The notes beneath the pieces were generated by a model, which saw nothing but the letters and a program-made list of their open reading frames with translations, made no database searches and was not told where the DNA came from. The position numbers and the translations under genes were made by a program. Shown here piece after piece: positions 55,271 through 63,971 of a stretch of DNA of 64,000 bases; the first letter of the stretch is position 1, and each line of letters starts with the position of its first letter. The stretch is from Alphaproteobacteria bacterium (lineage in GTDB: Bacteria > Pseudomonadota > Alphaproteobacteria > UBA9219 > RFNS01), in assembly GCA_037200005.1 (NCBI GenBank), contig JBBCGY010000001.1, forward strand, positions 42,416 through 106,415, written 5' to 3'.

Positions 55271-56713
55271 TCATTCTCCGCCGCTGTTGCCGCGCGTTTC
55301 GATCACCAGAATTCTCTGCCCCGCGGTCGGATTATCATGCAAGCGCCCGAAAGGCTGCGGCTTGGCGTCGACAAAACCGCTAAGCAGATTGCGCACGGCG
55401 TCTTCGAACGAGCCGGAGAAATTCACGCTGGCCTGAATCGGATAGTCATATTCGGTCGCCCATACCAGTTCGACATTGGCGCGCTCGCTCCACTTTTTGA
55501 TGACGGCGCGCAGCTGATCACCCGGTTCGGCTTTCCACGCTTCCGCCGGAGCGGCTTGCGTCGCAGGCGTGAGGGGACTCGGTGTCACGACGGAGCCCGT
55601 TACCGGCGGCGCATCGGACGGCGGCGCGGCGGTAATAGGCTGAACCGCATCCACCGCATCTTTCGCGGGAGGCACGGAAGCCGGCGCGGGCTCAACCGGC
55701 GGCAAGGGTGGCGGGGCATCGGCGGCAAGCGCGGGCGCGGCGGCCGCGGCAATCATCGAATCATCCACGACCGGCGGCAGCGCGGCAGCCGTAGCCGGCG
55801 TTTCCAGCGGCGGCAGAGGCACCATCATGGCCTCGGGGGGAGCACCCGCCACAGGCGCGGGCATATCGGAGCCGGCCGGCGTTGCGGCAGCGGCCGCCGA
55901 AGGAACAGGCGGCGCCTCGGTGGGCAACTCGGCTACCGGCAAAGGCGCGGGAACTTCCAGCGGAGCGGCGGACGCTGCATGCACCCCTGTTTTACCGCCC
56001 AGACCCGCGCGGGCAATTTTGACGATTTTACCCTCTTCCTGGGCCGACAGCCCCGCGCCCGTCAGAGCATCATTCAGCACCGTCCGCCAAGGCTTGCCGC
56101 CCTGCCAGTCGACCGACGTGGAATTGTCTATTCCCTGCTCCAGCGCAAAACCGTAATCCGGCGGCAAAATCTGTTTGAGCGCGACCGTAAGCGGAATCTT
56201 CTTGCCAAATCCCACAATGGCCGGCCCTTGGTCAACCGGAAGAGGAGGCGGGACATCGGCGGCAAGCGTGGGCGCCAATTCCGGCGGCGGGACGGATAGC
56301 GGCGCAGACGGCTCTATCGGCGACGGCTCTATCGGCGGCAAGGGCACCGGAGAAGCAACGGCAGCCATAGGCTCAAGCGGCAATGGCTCCATCGGCGCCA
56401 AGGCTTGCGGCGACGATGCCACAGGAGAGGCGGCCGCCGGGGGGCTTACTTCCGGCAATTGCATGGGAGCGGGCAAAGCGGCCTGATCGGCAGGCGCTGG
56501 CGCAAGCGGAACTGCCGGCACATCCTCGACAGGAGCGGGAACGGGCGCGGGTGCAAGCGGAACCGCGGCAGGAGCCTCTTCAAGCGGCGTGACCCACTGA
56601 AACCCGGCCTGGGCGGTGCCGCACATAAGCGTAACGCCGATGATGCCTAATGCGAGACTGAGCAAGAGACGATGTTGTCGGGCAAACCAGGCCATGAGCG
56701 AACACTTCCGCAT
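55271..56713 (-). CDS. PilL-like protein: signal peptide, long Pro/Ala-rich regions, two TcpQ-like domains (480 aa)
   Basis: Signal: MAWFARQHRLLLSLALGIIGVTLMCGTAQA. The C-terminal block WKAEPGDQLRAVIKKWSERANVELVWATEYDYPI resembles the TcpQ/PilL C-terminus. A second similar block is VALKQILPPDYGFALEQG. Confidence 0.5.
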   Translation of the reverse strand: MRKCSLMAWFARQHRLLLSLALGIIGVTLMCGTAQAGFQWVTPLEEAPAAVPLAPAPVPAPVEDVPAVPLAPAPADQAALPAPMQLPEVSPPAAASPVASSPQALAPMEPLPLEPMAAVASPVPLPPIEPSPIEPSAPLSVPPPELAPTLAADVPPPLPVDQGPAIVGFGKKIPLTVALKQILPPDYGFALEQGIDNSTSVDWQGGKPWRTVLNDALTGAGLSAQEEGKIVKIARAGLGGKTGVHAASAAPLEVPAPLPVAELPTEAPPVPSAAAAATPAGSDMPAPVAGAPPEAMMVPLPPLETPATAAALPPVVDDSMIAAAAAPALAADAPPPLPPVEPAPASVPPAKDAVDAVQPITAAPPSDAPPVTGSVVTPSPLTPATQAAPAEAWKAEPGDQLRAVIKKWSERANVELVWATEYDYPIQASVNFSGSFEDAVRNLLSGFVDAKPQPFGRLHDNPTAGQRILVIETRGNSGGE

Positions 56714-56762
56714 AGGAGGGATAAAACCGATTCGTGATTCATACTACGTTATAGTCAGTCCG

Positions 56763-56962
56763 CTTGAAAACCCGAAAAAACTCCGTCGCGCCTACCCCGT
56801 CATTAAGGAGGAAACCCATCGCGAGCGCGACATAGATTTTTCGGATTTTTAGGCGGACGTCATCCACATCACTTGAAAACCCAAAAAATATTCTGTCGCA
56901 TCCGCATGGCTTTACTGCTTGGGGGAGAACGATGGCGACGGAATATTTTTTGGGTTTTCAAG
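56763..56962. repeat. three copies of a 27-28-nt motif CTTGAAAACCC[GA]AAAAA..T.C.GTCGC (two direct, one inverted)
   Basis: Copy A at 56763-56789, copy B at 56872-56899, copy C (inverted) at 56935-56962. B and C match 27/28 and are separated by 35 nt. Confidence 0.8.
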
Positions 56963-57115
56963 CCAAGTAACTATAGGAAATAGCCGGAAAAGCGCCATGA
57001 GAAAACAACAATTTTCGACTTTTCCCCAGAAGCAGGCGTGACATGGGTGCAACGGACGGTGAACAACAAAGATTAACGGATAGATAAGCGGGAAACAAAC
57101 CGCTCGATAGCGGCT

Positions 57116-57427
57116 TTATGAAGCGGTTTCGTCGCTCTCTTCCTGCGCCCGGGCATCTGCGGCGCCATAATCGGTCATGCGCCGCCGCAAAAGACGGATT
57201 GTTGCCGGACGCTCTTGGCCAAGAACCCAGCAGCGCAGGGCGCGCAGCGCCGACTCGAAGCTCAAGCCGCGCTGCTCGACGGCCCAGAAGATCAAAATCG
57301 TGATGACGGTCAGCGTCAAGGTCCAAAGCTGGATATACATCAAGCAGGCCAGAACCACGAAAAAAAGCCGCGCGTCAAAGATAAAGAAGCGGGCGATTTT
57401 CTGACTATTGCGCCAATGATCATCCAT
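57116..57427 (-). CDS. icmT: IcmT/TraK family small membrane protein (T4BSS)
   Basis: HWRNSQKIARFFIFDARLFFVVL followed by a second TM fits the IcmT/TraK pattern. It lies directly after the dotB-like gene. Confidence 0.65.
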   Translation of the reverse strand: MDDHWRNSQKIARFFIFDARLFFVVLACLMYIQLWTLTLTVITILIFWAVEQRGLSFESALRALRCWVLGQERPATIRLLRRRMTDYGAADARAQEESDETAS

Positions 57428-57513
57428 AATTCAGACTCCAGATGTCGGTGATCGGAAAGGGCAACGCGCGCCCTATCCGCCGGTTTCGGATAACTGGCAA
57501 CCGGTATTCGACT

Positions 57514-58743
57514 TTATACGTCCGTCGTTACGGTATCGTTAACGGCTTGCGTCGCCAAAGGCTCGAAATTCTGGTCTTCCCGTTCGTCGCCGGAGAAGCC
57601 CTTGGTAAGCAGCAGATACCAGCGGCGATCGATCAGCCCCGCCTTGAACGCCGATGTCGCCGATTGTTCCATGGTCTTGCCGTAGCGCACGAGCAAACGC
57701 TGGGCCTCGCTGGTCCAGCGCTCGATCGGCATATCAAGCAGAATTTCGCGGACATTCTCGTCAAAGATCATGAATTCGCGCAATCCCATGCGGCCGCCGC
57801 CGACTTTAGGCACGAGCGCCTGCGTGACGATCATGCGCAGCGTTTCCATCAGGGCGAAAGCGCGCTCGGAACGCTCGGAGGGCTCAAACACGCTGACCAT
57901 GCGTCGAATGGTGGCCGCCACCCCGGTCGTATGGGCCGTGGAATAGACCGCGTGGCCGGTTTGCCCTGCCTCAATGGAGGCCGAGACCGTTTCGCGATCG
58001 CGCGATTCGCCGACCAGGATAATGTTGGGCTTGCGGCGCAGCGCGTTGCGCACCCCGGCCGCGAAATTAGGCAAATGCTTTGGGATTTCCGATTGCGAAA
58101 CCAGCGACCGCTCGCCGACGATCGAATCGTACACATATTCGATCGGGGCTTCATAGGTCAGCATCTTGCCGCAGCCCTGAGCCCGCTCGATCAGCATCCG
58201 GTTGCCCGCGGCAAGCAATGTCGATTTGCCGCTGCCGGTCGGTCCCGTCACCAGGATCAGCCCCTGGCGCGGCGCCCAATTATCGATGATTTTTTCCTCG
58301 ATCCCCAGTTCGTGCATCGTCGGGGGAAGATTGGGCAGCGACCGCATGGTGATCTGCACCCCGTCCCGCCCTCTGCTCAGCATGGCCGTGATGTTGACGC
58401 GAAAACGGTAACGCGTGTTGCGATCGGGCCTAACCTCGTAGGACAAATCGAGATCGACGCCCGACGCAAGCTTGGCGATAGCGTCCTGGCCGTAAATTTT
58501 GGCCAGGACATTGGCCATATCCGCCGAATCGATCGATCGCCTGGTTATCGGAAACAGGACGCCGTCGACTTCGATATAAACCGGGCGGTCGGTTTGAATG
58601 CTGACGTCGGTGGTGCGCCGCTCGACGCACCACATCAGCAGGCCGTCGACATGCTCTTCGCGAATGCGCAAAGGCTCATCGGTCCAGGTTCCAAGCTCTT
58701 CGCTTTTGCGCCTGGCATCCGCTAGCGTAGCGTCGACTGCCAC
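57514..58743 (-). CDS. dotB: DotB/TraJ-type (PilT-like) T4BSS ATPase
   Basis: Walker A GPTGSGKST, Walker B ILVGESRD, TAHT His box. Synteny dotD-dotC-dotB. GTG start overlaps dotC by 22 nt. Confidence 0.8.
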   Translation of the reverse strand: MAVDATLADARRKSEELGTWTDEPLRIREEHVDGLLMWCVERRTTDVSIQTDRPVYIEVDGVLFPITRRSIDSADMANVLAKIYGQDAIAKLASGVDLDLSYEVRPDRNTRYRFRVNITAMLSRGRDGVQITMRSLPNLPPTMHELGIEEKIIDNWAPRQGLILVTGPTGSGKSTLLAAGNRMLIERAQGCGKMLTYEAPIEYVYDSIVGERSLVSQSEIPKHLPNFAAGVRNALRRKPNIILVGESRDRETVSASIEAGQTGHAVYSTAHTTGVAATIRRMVSVFEPSERSERAFALMETLRMIVTQALVPKVGGGRMGLREFMIFDENVREILLDMPIERWTSEAQRLLVRYGKTMEQSATSAFKAGLIDRRWYLLLTKGFSGDEREDQNFEPLATQAVNDTVTTDV

Positions 58744-59549
58744 TGTTCGCTCCGCGGAATAAGCGTGGATTGGCCGGTGATGGTAACGCCCCGGTCGCCG
58801 ATGCGCATTTCGGCGCCTCCGCCCGTGATGCCGCGATCCTCGTGAATCGCGAAGGGCGGAGAAATCATCCCCTGCGCCAGCAATTCACGGTAATGCACCA
58901 TGCCGACGAAATCGCTCGTCATGCGATCGAGATCGGCCTCGAAAGTATCGTCCGCCTGAATCACGCCGGCGTCCCACCCTTCCTTGACCCATTTGCGCCA
59001 ATCGGCGCGCTCTTCCTTGGTCTTGGGCACCAGGAGGCCCGGCGGCGGCTCCACTTTGCCCCAATCGCGCTCCAGATACAGGCGCCAGTCGCGCGAGGCC
59101 GTGACGATGCGGGCGATGCGATTGATGCGGATAATCCGGTCGGCAACGGCAGCCTTTTGACCGCCGCCGGTCACGATCACGGCGCGCTGGGCGTCCGAGA
59201 CGATCGGCGGCTCGATCAAAAGCCCCGAAGGAGCGTTAATGAGCAGCCTTTTGAAATCGAAAGTTTTGCTGAGGGTCGCTTCCTGTTCGGCAAGACGGCG
59301 CTGGATTTCAAAAGTGCGGTGGGCAAGGCCGCCGCGAGCGCCGTATGAAAGGGCCGCTTCGCGCAGCGCGTCATGACGGATTTGAAGCCCCATATTCTCG
59401 CTGGGCTTGGCGTTGACGCCTTCCGTCTGTTCCTGCAGCTGCCACAGATCGGGAGGCGGTTCGAGCGGCCCGACTGGCGTGCTGTCGGCCCACGCCGGCA
59501 TTGCCGCCAACAACAGCAGTCCGATCACGATAGCGGAAAGCCTGCGCAT
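58722..59549 (-). CDS. dotC: DotC/TraI family T4BSS outer-membrane-complex protein
   Basis: Signal peptide MRRLSAIVIGLLLLAAMPAWA. Its size and position between the DotD-like and DotB-like genes fit. The ATG lies 1 nt after the dotD stop. Confidence 0.6.
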   Translation of the reverse strand: MRRLSAIVIGLLLLAAMPAWADSTPVGPLEPPPDLWQLQEQTEGVNAKPSENMGLQIRHDALREAALSYGARGGLAHRTFEIQRRLAEQEATLSKTFDFKRLLINAPSGLLIEPPIVSDAQRAVIVTGGGQKAAVADRIIRINRIARIVTASRDWRLYLERDWGKVEPPPGLLVPKTKEERADWRKWVKEGWDAGVIQADDTFEADLDRMTSDFVGMVHYRELLAQGMISPPFAIHEDRGITGGGAEMRIGDRGVTITGQSTLIPRSEQWQSTLR

Positions 59550-59550
59550 T

Positions 59551-60072
59551 TCAGATTTTACCGTCGGTTGGAGCATAACGCAATTGCACCGCGCCGGCCT
59601 TGGCATCGACCGCGACATCGGCCCGGTTGCCCAGCTGCAGCCCGATATCGCGCAAGATATCGATCAGCGGCCGCTCGTAAACATCGACCGCGACCGTAAG
59701 GGGGACGGGCGTAGGCATACCCGCCGTCCGATAGGCGTAACCGGCCTTGGCCGCCAGAGTCTGCACCAACTGCTCCGCCGGTCCGTTCCAGGTTATGGTC
59801 ACGGGCTGCGAGAGGGCGTGCGGCGCGCCCATGAAATCTTCCATCGGCGGCAGCGGATTGCGATATTGCTCGATCCCAGCGACGGTATTGAGCGCTTTAG
59901 CCGCCTTTTCCGAAGCCTGGGCAATACGAAAAGCAACCGGATCGTTTTCAGCGACGAGAGGAGACACCGTTGGATTCGGCTCCTGACATGCCGCGAGCGG
60001 CATCAGCAGGATGAGAAATAAAGCGCCCGTGAAAGCGCCGGCGCAAGTAAGTGTAAATTTGGGCATGAACAT
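59551..60072 (-). CDS. dotD: DotD/TraH family T4BSS lipoprotein
   Basis: Lipobox LMPLAAC. The C-terminal block ITWNGPAEQLVQTLAAKAGYAY...VAVDVYERPLIDILRDIGLQLG resembles a secretin N0 domain. SD AGGGA. Confidence 0.65.
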   Translation of the reverse strand: MFMPKFTLTCAGAFTGALFLILLMPLAACQEPNPTVSPLVAENDPVAFRIAQASEKAAKALNTVAGIEQYRNPLPPMEDFMGAPHALSQPVTITWNGPAEQLVQTLAAKAGYAYRTAGMPTPVPLTVAVDVYERPLIDILRDIGLQLGNRADVAVDAKAGAVQLRYAPTDGKI

Positions 60073-60153
60073 CGATCCCTGTCGATATCGGAAGTCAAGG
60101 GGCGATTCTGTTTTAAGCACAAGCACAGCCAAAAACCAAGCCCTAAACCGACA

Positions 60154-60214
60154 TAGAGCGCGATCATTCCTCAGTGAAGTGTGTCTGCGCGTCCATGGGG
60201 ATGATCGCGCTCTA
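60154..60214. promoter_or_regulatory. 14-bp perfect inverted repeat between orf99 and dotD
   Basis: TAGAGCGCGATCAT (60154-60167) and ATGATCGCGCTCTA (60201-60214). Confidence 0.3.
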
Positions 60215-60217
60215 GCT

Positions 60218-60517
60218 CTAAGTCCTGAAGCGCATGAAGAACATCGCGTAGCCGAACAGCGCTCCGGCAAGAAGCAGAAGCAGAAGGCCGTTGAGCCACA
60301 CGCCGTTAATAAGAAAATAAAGCCCGAGCGCCGCGATCACGGCGGACGCTATGCCGTAAATCACCGTCGCATTCGGCATGGCGCCCTGCTTGGGCGGCGG
60401 GCTGGCCGGCCCCGACGGCACATAGGGAGAAACCGTCTGCCCGTTTCCCGGGGCCTGCAACGATTTGCCGCCGCCTATGGCGGGAACGGCGGGCGGCTTC
60501 TCTGAATCACGGGCCAT
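60218..60517 (-). CDS. small 2-TM membrane protein (99 aa), T4BSS-associated hypothetical
   Basis: Pro-rich N-terminus followed by two hydrophobic helices. Located in the operon. Confidence 0.5.
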   Translation of the reverse strand: MARDSEKPPAVPAIGGGKSLQAPGNGQTVSPYVPSGPASPPPKQGAMPNATVIYGIASAVIAALGLYFLINGVWLNGLLLLLLAGALFGYAMFFMRFRT

Positions 60518-60549
60518 GGATCACCTCTTCCCCGCATTGCCGATGATCG

Positions 60550-61536
60550 TCATGGCGACAGATCCGACAGGATGGTGGCGACCTTGTCAGGCTTCCCGAG
60601 CACGACTTTGATCTTGCCGTCCTTGCCGCGATAAACAATGTAGGGCGTCGCGGAAATTTTCCATTCCTTGGTCATCTCCATGGTCGCCCGCACCGCCGTA
60701 ATATCGGCGGTGGGCGGCACGCCGGCAAGAGCGTTGGCATCGCCATCCACGAACTGGCTCCAAGCCTTGAAAGGCTCGGCCACGCGCAGGAATATTGCAG
60801 ACTGGCGCTCGTCTTCGCTGTCAGGCGCGCCGATGGGCAGTAATTTGACGCGCAGCTCTCCCTTGTCGACATGATCCTTGAGTTCTTTCCATGTCGCCTT
60901 GCAGAAGGGGCAATGGGGCTCGACCAGCATTACCACGAGCGGCTTGTCGCCTTGGCCCATGGTCACGCCCACCGCTCCCTGGAAATCCTGATAGAGTCGC
61001 TCGCCGGGCGACAGGGACACGAGTTCCGGCGGTCCACTTTTCGACGCAGGCTGCGGGTCACTGCCGCCACCGCCGCCCACCTTTTGAATTTCTTCCTGTT
61101 TTTCTGCCGCCGAAGTCAGCAGCGCCTTGATCTGGGGTATCTGCATGCCGACCGTATTCATTTGCTCGGCGGTAATATTGGTGCCCTCGGCCGAGAACAT
61201 CGCGCCGAAAAGCAATGACTGGCGATCGGGAGCGATATAGAAAAACTGAAGCTGCCCGTCTTTCTGCAGCATGAAGCCGGGCATGCCGGAACGCTCGCCC
61301 ATATAATAAAGCTCGGCGCCTTGCTGCAGCATCGTACGCAACACCGGTATCCTCTTGATATCCACATCGGTCGCAGGCATCTGCTGCGCCTTGGCGATCT
61401 CCGCCGGATCGGCCTTGAGCAGGGCGCCCACCGGTATTTGCGAGGATTTCTGGGCCGCCGCTGGAAACGCAAAAAGCGCAACCGCCAGAGTCAAAGGAAA
61501 AAGCCGCTTTGTCAGGGATTTCATCGTCATGGTCAT
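60550..61536 (-). CDS. periplasmic thioredoxin-fold thiol:disulfide isomerase (DsbC/TrbB-like)
   Basis: Signal peptide. CPFC active site inside a thioredoxin-like C-terminal half. Conjugation-operon context. Confidence 0.7.
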   Translation of the reverse strand: MTMTMKSLTKRLFPLTLAVALFAFPAAAQKSSQIPVGALLKADPAEIAKAQQMPATDVDIKRIPVLRTMLQQGAELYYMGERSGMPGFMLQKDGQLQFFYIAPDRQSLLFGAMFSAEGTNITAEQMNTVGMQIPQIKALLTSAAEKQEEIQKVGGGGGSDPQPASKSGPPELVSLSPGERLYQDFQGAVGVTMGQGDKPLVVMLVEPHCPFCKATWKELKDHVDKGELRVKLLPIGAPDSEDERQSAIFLRVAEPFKAWSQFVDGDANALAGVPPTADITAVRATMEMTKEWKISATPYIVYRGKDGKIKVVLGKPDKVATILSDLSP

Positions 61537-62021
61537 TCGTCCACCTTGGCTATTTTAACGTTCCGATTCTCGGCTCCCGCCGCTGATTTCGGCGGCGGAT
61601 TTGCGGCGTATAACTCGTGCGCCACCAGCCCCTTATGCTCCATCACATCGATGACTTTGCCAGCATATCGCCCGCCGCGCCAGGGGGTAGCGGAATGATA
61701 ACGCGCGATACCGCCGCGCAAATAACCCGCTTCATCGATTTTCTGCCGCAGAATCCAGGCGGAAACATAAACATTGACGCAGCCGTTATCGCGCACCCAT
61801 TGCCGCGCGGTGCCGCCATCCACGCCCCACAGCCGCGCCAATTGCGGCATCCATACCGTGTTGACTTGCATCGGGCCTAAATCGTAGCTGCCATTGGTAT
61901 TATGGACTTCCTGGCCCACGCGGCCGCCCTCGACATGCATCATGGCAATCATCACCGCCGGCGGTACATGATAGGTTTGAGCGGCGAGCAGCAGGCATGC
62001 TGCGATCATTTGCGAAGTCAT
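61533..62021 (-). CDS. lytic transglycosylase (SLT domain; VirB1 / R64 PilT-like)
   Basis: MHVEGG catalytic Glu context, GPMQVN, YN/YH motif region. ATGA coupling to the next gene. Confidence 0.75.
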   Translation of the reverse strand: MTSQMIAACLLLAAQTYHVPPAVMIAMMHVEGGRVGQEVHNTNGSYDLGPMQVNTVWMPQLARLWGVDGGTARQWVRDNGCVNVYVSAWILRQKIDEAGYLRGGIARYHSATPWRGGRYAGKVIDVMEHKGLVAHELYAANPPPKSAAGAENRNVKIAKVDE

Positions 62022-62025
62022 GGCG

Positions 62026-62907
62026 TTAGCTCCATCCTTCTTCTTCCAGCTTGGCGGCAGACGGCACCTCTAGATAAGTGCCCAGCGTCGCAAGCAGCGC
62101 CATGCGCTGGTTGAATTCTTGCCATACTTGGGCCATCGGCACAACATTGCCGTGCTTGGCGAAATAGGCCGCGCGATCATCAGGATTCATGTAAAGCAGC
62201 CGGTCCGCCTCGGCATAATGGCTATCGGCATAAATCTGCCCCGCGGATTTCAGAACCGCCCAGCACAGCAGCCGCCATTGCTCCGGGCTGGCCCCGGCCG
62301 GCGCCAGCGAACGCGTAATCTGATCGGCGGTTTTGACGAGCCGCTCCGCCACCTCGGCAAGCAAACCGTGCTCGCCGCGCCCGAAAGAATATTGCGAGAT
62401 GGCGCCAACCACGGGCACCAGCGTCTCCAGCATTTTGGCGCGAAAAGTCGCCACTTGATTGGGGACAGGCTCGATGCCGCCGGTCACAAGGTTCTTGAAT
62501 TTTTCCGGCAGCGCGCCAATGACCGCGAGAATCGGCTCGGCCGCGCCCGCATCAAGCATATGTCCCGTTGCCCGGTAATTGGCCGCGACCAATTGACAGG
62601 CGGCGCCGATAGCGCCCCAGCGCAGAGCGGCGGGGGCGGCCGCGCCCTCCATTTTATCCGCCATCTGGCGCGCTAAATTGGCGGCATTTTCGATCAGAAG
62701 CGGAAATGCCTCAAAATTCGCTTTACGGGTTGCGCCGGCGCCGGCCGCGTTGCGGTCTTGCTGGCCGGCTTCCAGCAACGCCGTCAATAAGGGCGTTCCG
62801 ACAAGACGCAGCGCCGCCGCCAGCGTTTGCATGCGCTGACCGGCGTCAATTTCGCTCTGTGCTCCCGCACTATCCATGAATAAAATCCAACCGGCATCGC
62901 CAGCCAT
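62026..62907 (-). CDS. hypothetical protein (293 aa), T4BSS-associated
   Basis: Intact Ala-rich helical ORF, co-directional and 4 nt from the next gene. No motif recognised. Confidence 0.5.
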   Translation of the reverse strand: MAGDAGWILFMDSAGAQSEIDAGQRMQTLAAALRLVGTPLLTALLEAGQQDRNAAGAGATRKANFEAFPLLIENAANLARQMADKMEGAAAPAALRWGAIGAACQLVAANYRATGHMLDAGAAEPILAVIGALPEKFKNLVTGGIEPVPNQVATFRAKMLETLVPVVGAISQYSFGRGEHGLLAEVAERLVKTADQITRSLAPAGASPEQWRLLCWAVLKSAGQIYADSHYAEADRLLYMNPDDRAAYFAKHGNVVPMAQVWQEFNQRMALLATLGTYLEVPSAAKLEEEGWS

Positions 62908-62996
62908 CCTGGGATGAACACGCCATAGCTTTCACGAAAACGGTTAACACTTGCCTTATGCCATGACAAGAAGTCATTAAGAAAACTAAAAGCGCC

Positions 62997-63971
62997 TTAC
63001 ATGCCCTTGGATTTCGACGCGGGGCCGGGGACGGTATATTTCACCCGCCGCGGGCCGGACTCGTTTTCGACCTTGATCGGACTGGCGACGCCCTCCGTAA
63101 AGTCCTTGCTGATACTGTCAACGCCGATGACAAACTGATTGAAAGTCGCCCGATAGGTTTCGTCCCGCTGTTCGGCTATGCTTTTAAGCTGGTTGCATTG
63201 CGCCAAAACGGCGGTTTTGACTGAGTCGGGACCGGTATCGGCCTCGAAGCTGTGATTGTTTTTGCAAAAAACAATATCGCGGTAATGCTGCAAGAGGGCT
63301 TGGCTCACATATGTTCTCGGATCGGGAGTGCCATCGCCGTCGATATCTTCACCCACCACCGCGTTACCGTTGCTGTCATAAGCCTGGAATATCTTCTGGT
63401 CATAGCCCGACTTGACCATATTATAGCCGATACGGATGCCATTCTCGCCGATGGAATTGGCTTTCATCAGCGGGTCGCCGACGGCGAGCTTCGTGCCGTC
63501 GGCAAGCTTGCCGTCGGGATCGGGAGCGGTGCGCCGCGCAATTTCATCGTAACAGGTGCGAATAAGCGTGCTGACCTTATCGAGCGTGCTGAAATTCTTC
63601 ATGATCACATGCACATTTTTCGGATCCATCGCCCTATCGCCGGTGATCGTATTCGGCTGGATCGCTTGAAGCTCGATATTTTGGCAAAAACGCACGGCCG
63701 ACACATACAGTTTCTGCTTGTCCGTCATGGAGTCCCACGCGCCCTTGGCCGAACCGGTCCACTTCGTGCAGGGAGAGTTGGGAATGGTGCTATCATAAGC
63801 ATCGGGACTATCGAGGCAGGTCATCTGCTCCGCGCTCGGCTGAACCATAACCAAATTGGCGAGAATGGTCGAAGGCTTGACGAAAGCGTGGGCAAAAGCA
63901 GGGTCCTCGAAGCAGGGATTGGCGGCGCTTCCCATGGCATTCCACCACTTCATGCCGAAATCGCCCTTCAA
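62997..63971 (-). CDS. hypothetical Cys-containing protein; 5' end may lie beyond the window
   Basis: The reading frame stays open from 63971 to the window edge. The listed start is TTG and the first ATG is at 63953. No motif recognised. Confidence 0.45.
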   Translation of the reverse strand: MKGDFGMKWWNAMGSAANPCFEDPAFAHAFVKPSTILANLVMVQPSAEQMTCLDSPDAYDSTIPNSPCTKWTGSAKGAWDSMTDKQKLYVSAVRFCQNIELQAIQPNTITGDRAMDPKNVHVIMKNFSTLDKVSTLIRTCYDEIARRTAPDPDGKLADGTKLAVGDPLMKANSIGENGIRIGYNMVKSGYDQKIFQAYDSNGNAVVGEDIDGDGTPDPRTYVSQALLQHYRDIVFCKNNHSFEADTGPDSVKTAVLAQCNQLKSIAEQRDETYRATFNQFVIGVDSISKDFTEGVASPIKVENESGPRRVKYTVPGPASKSKGM

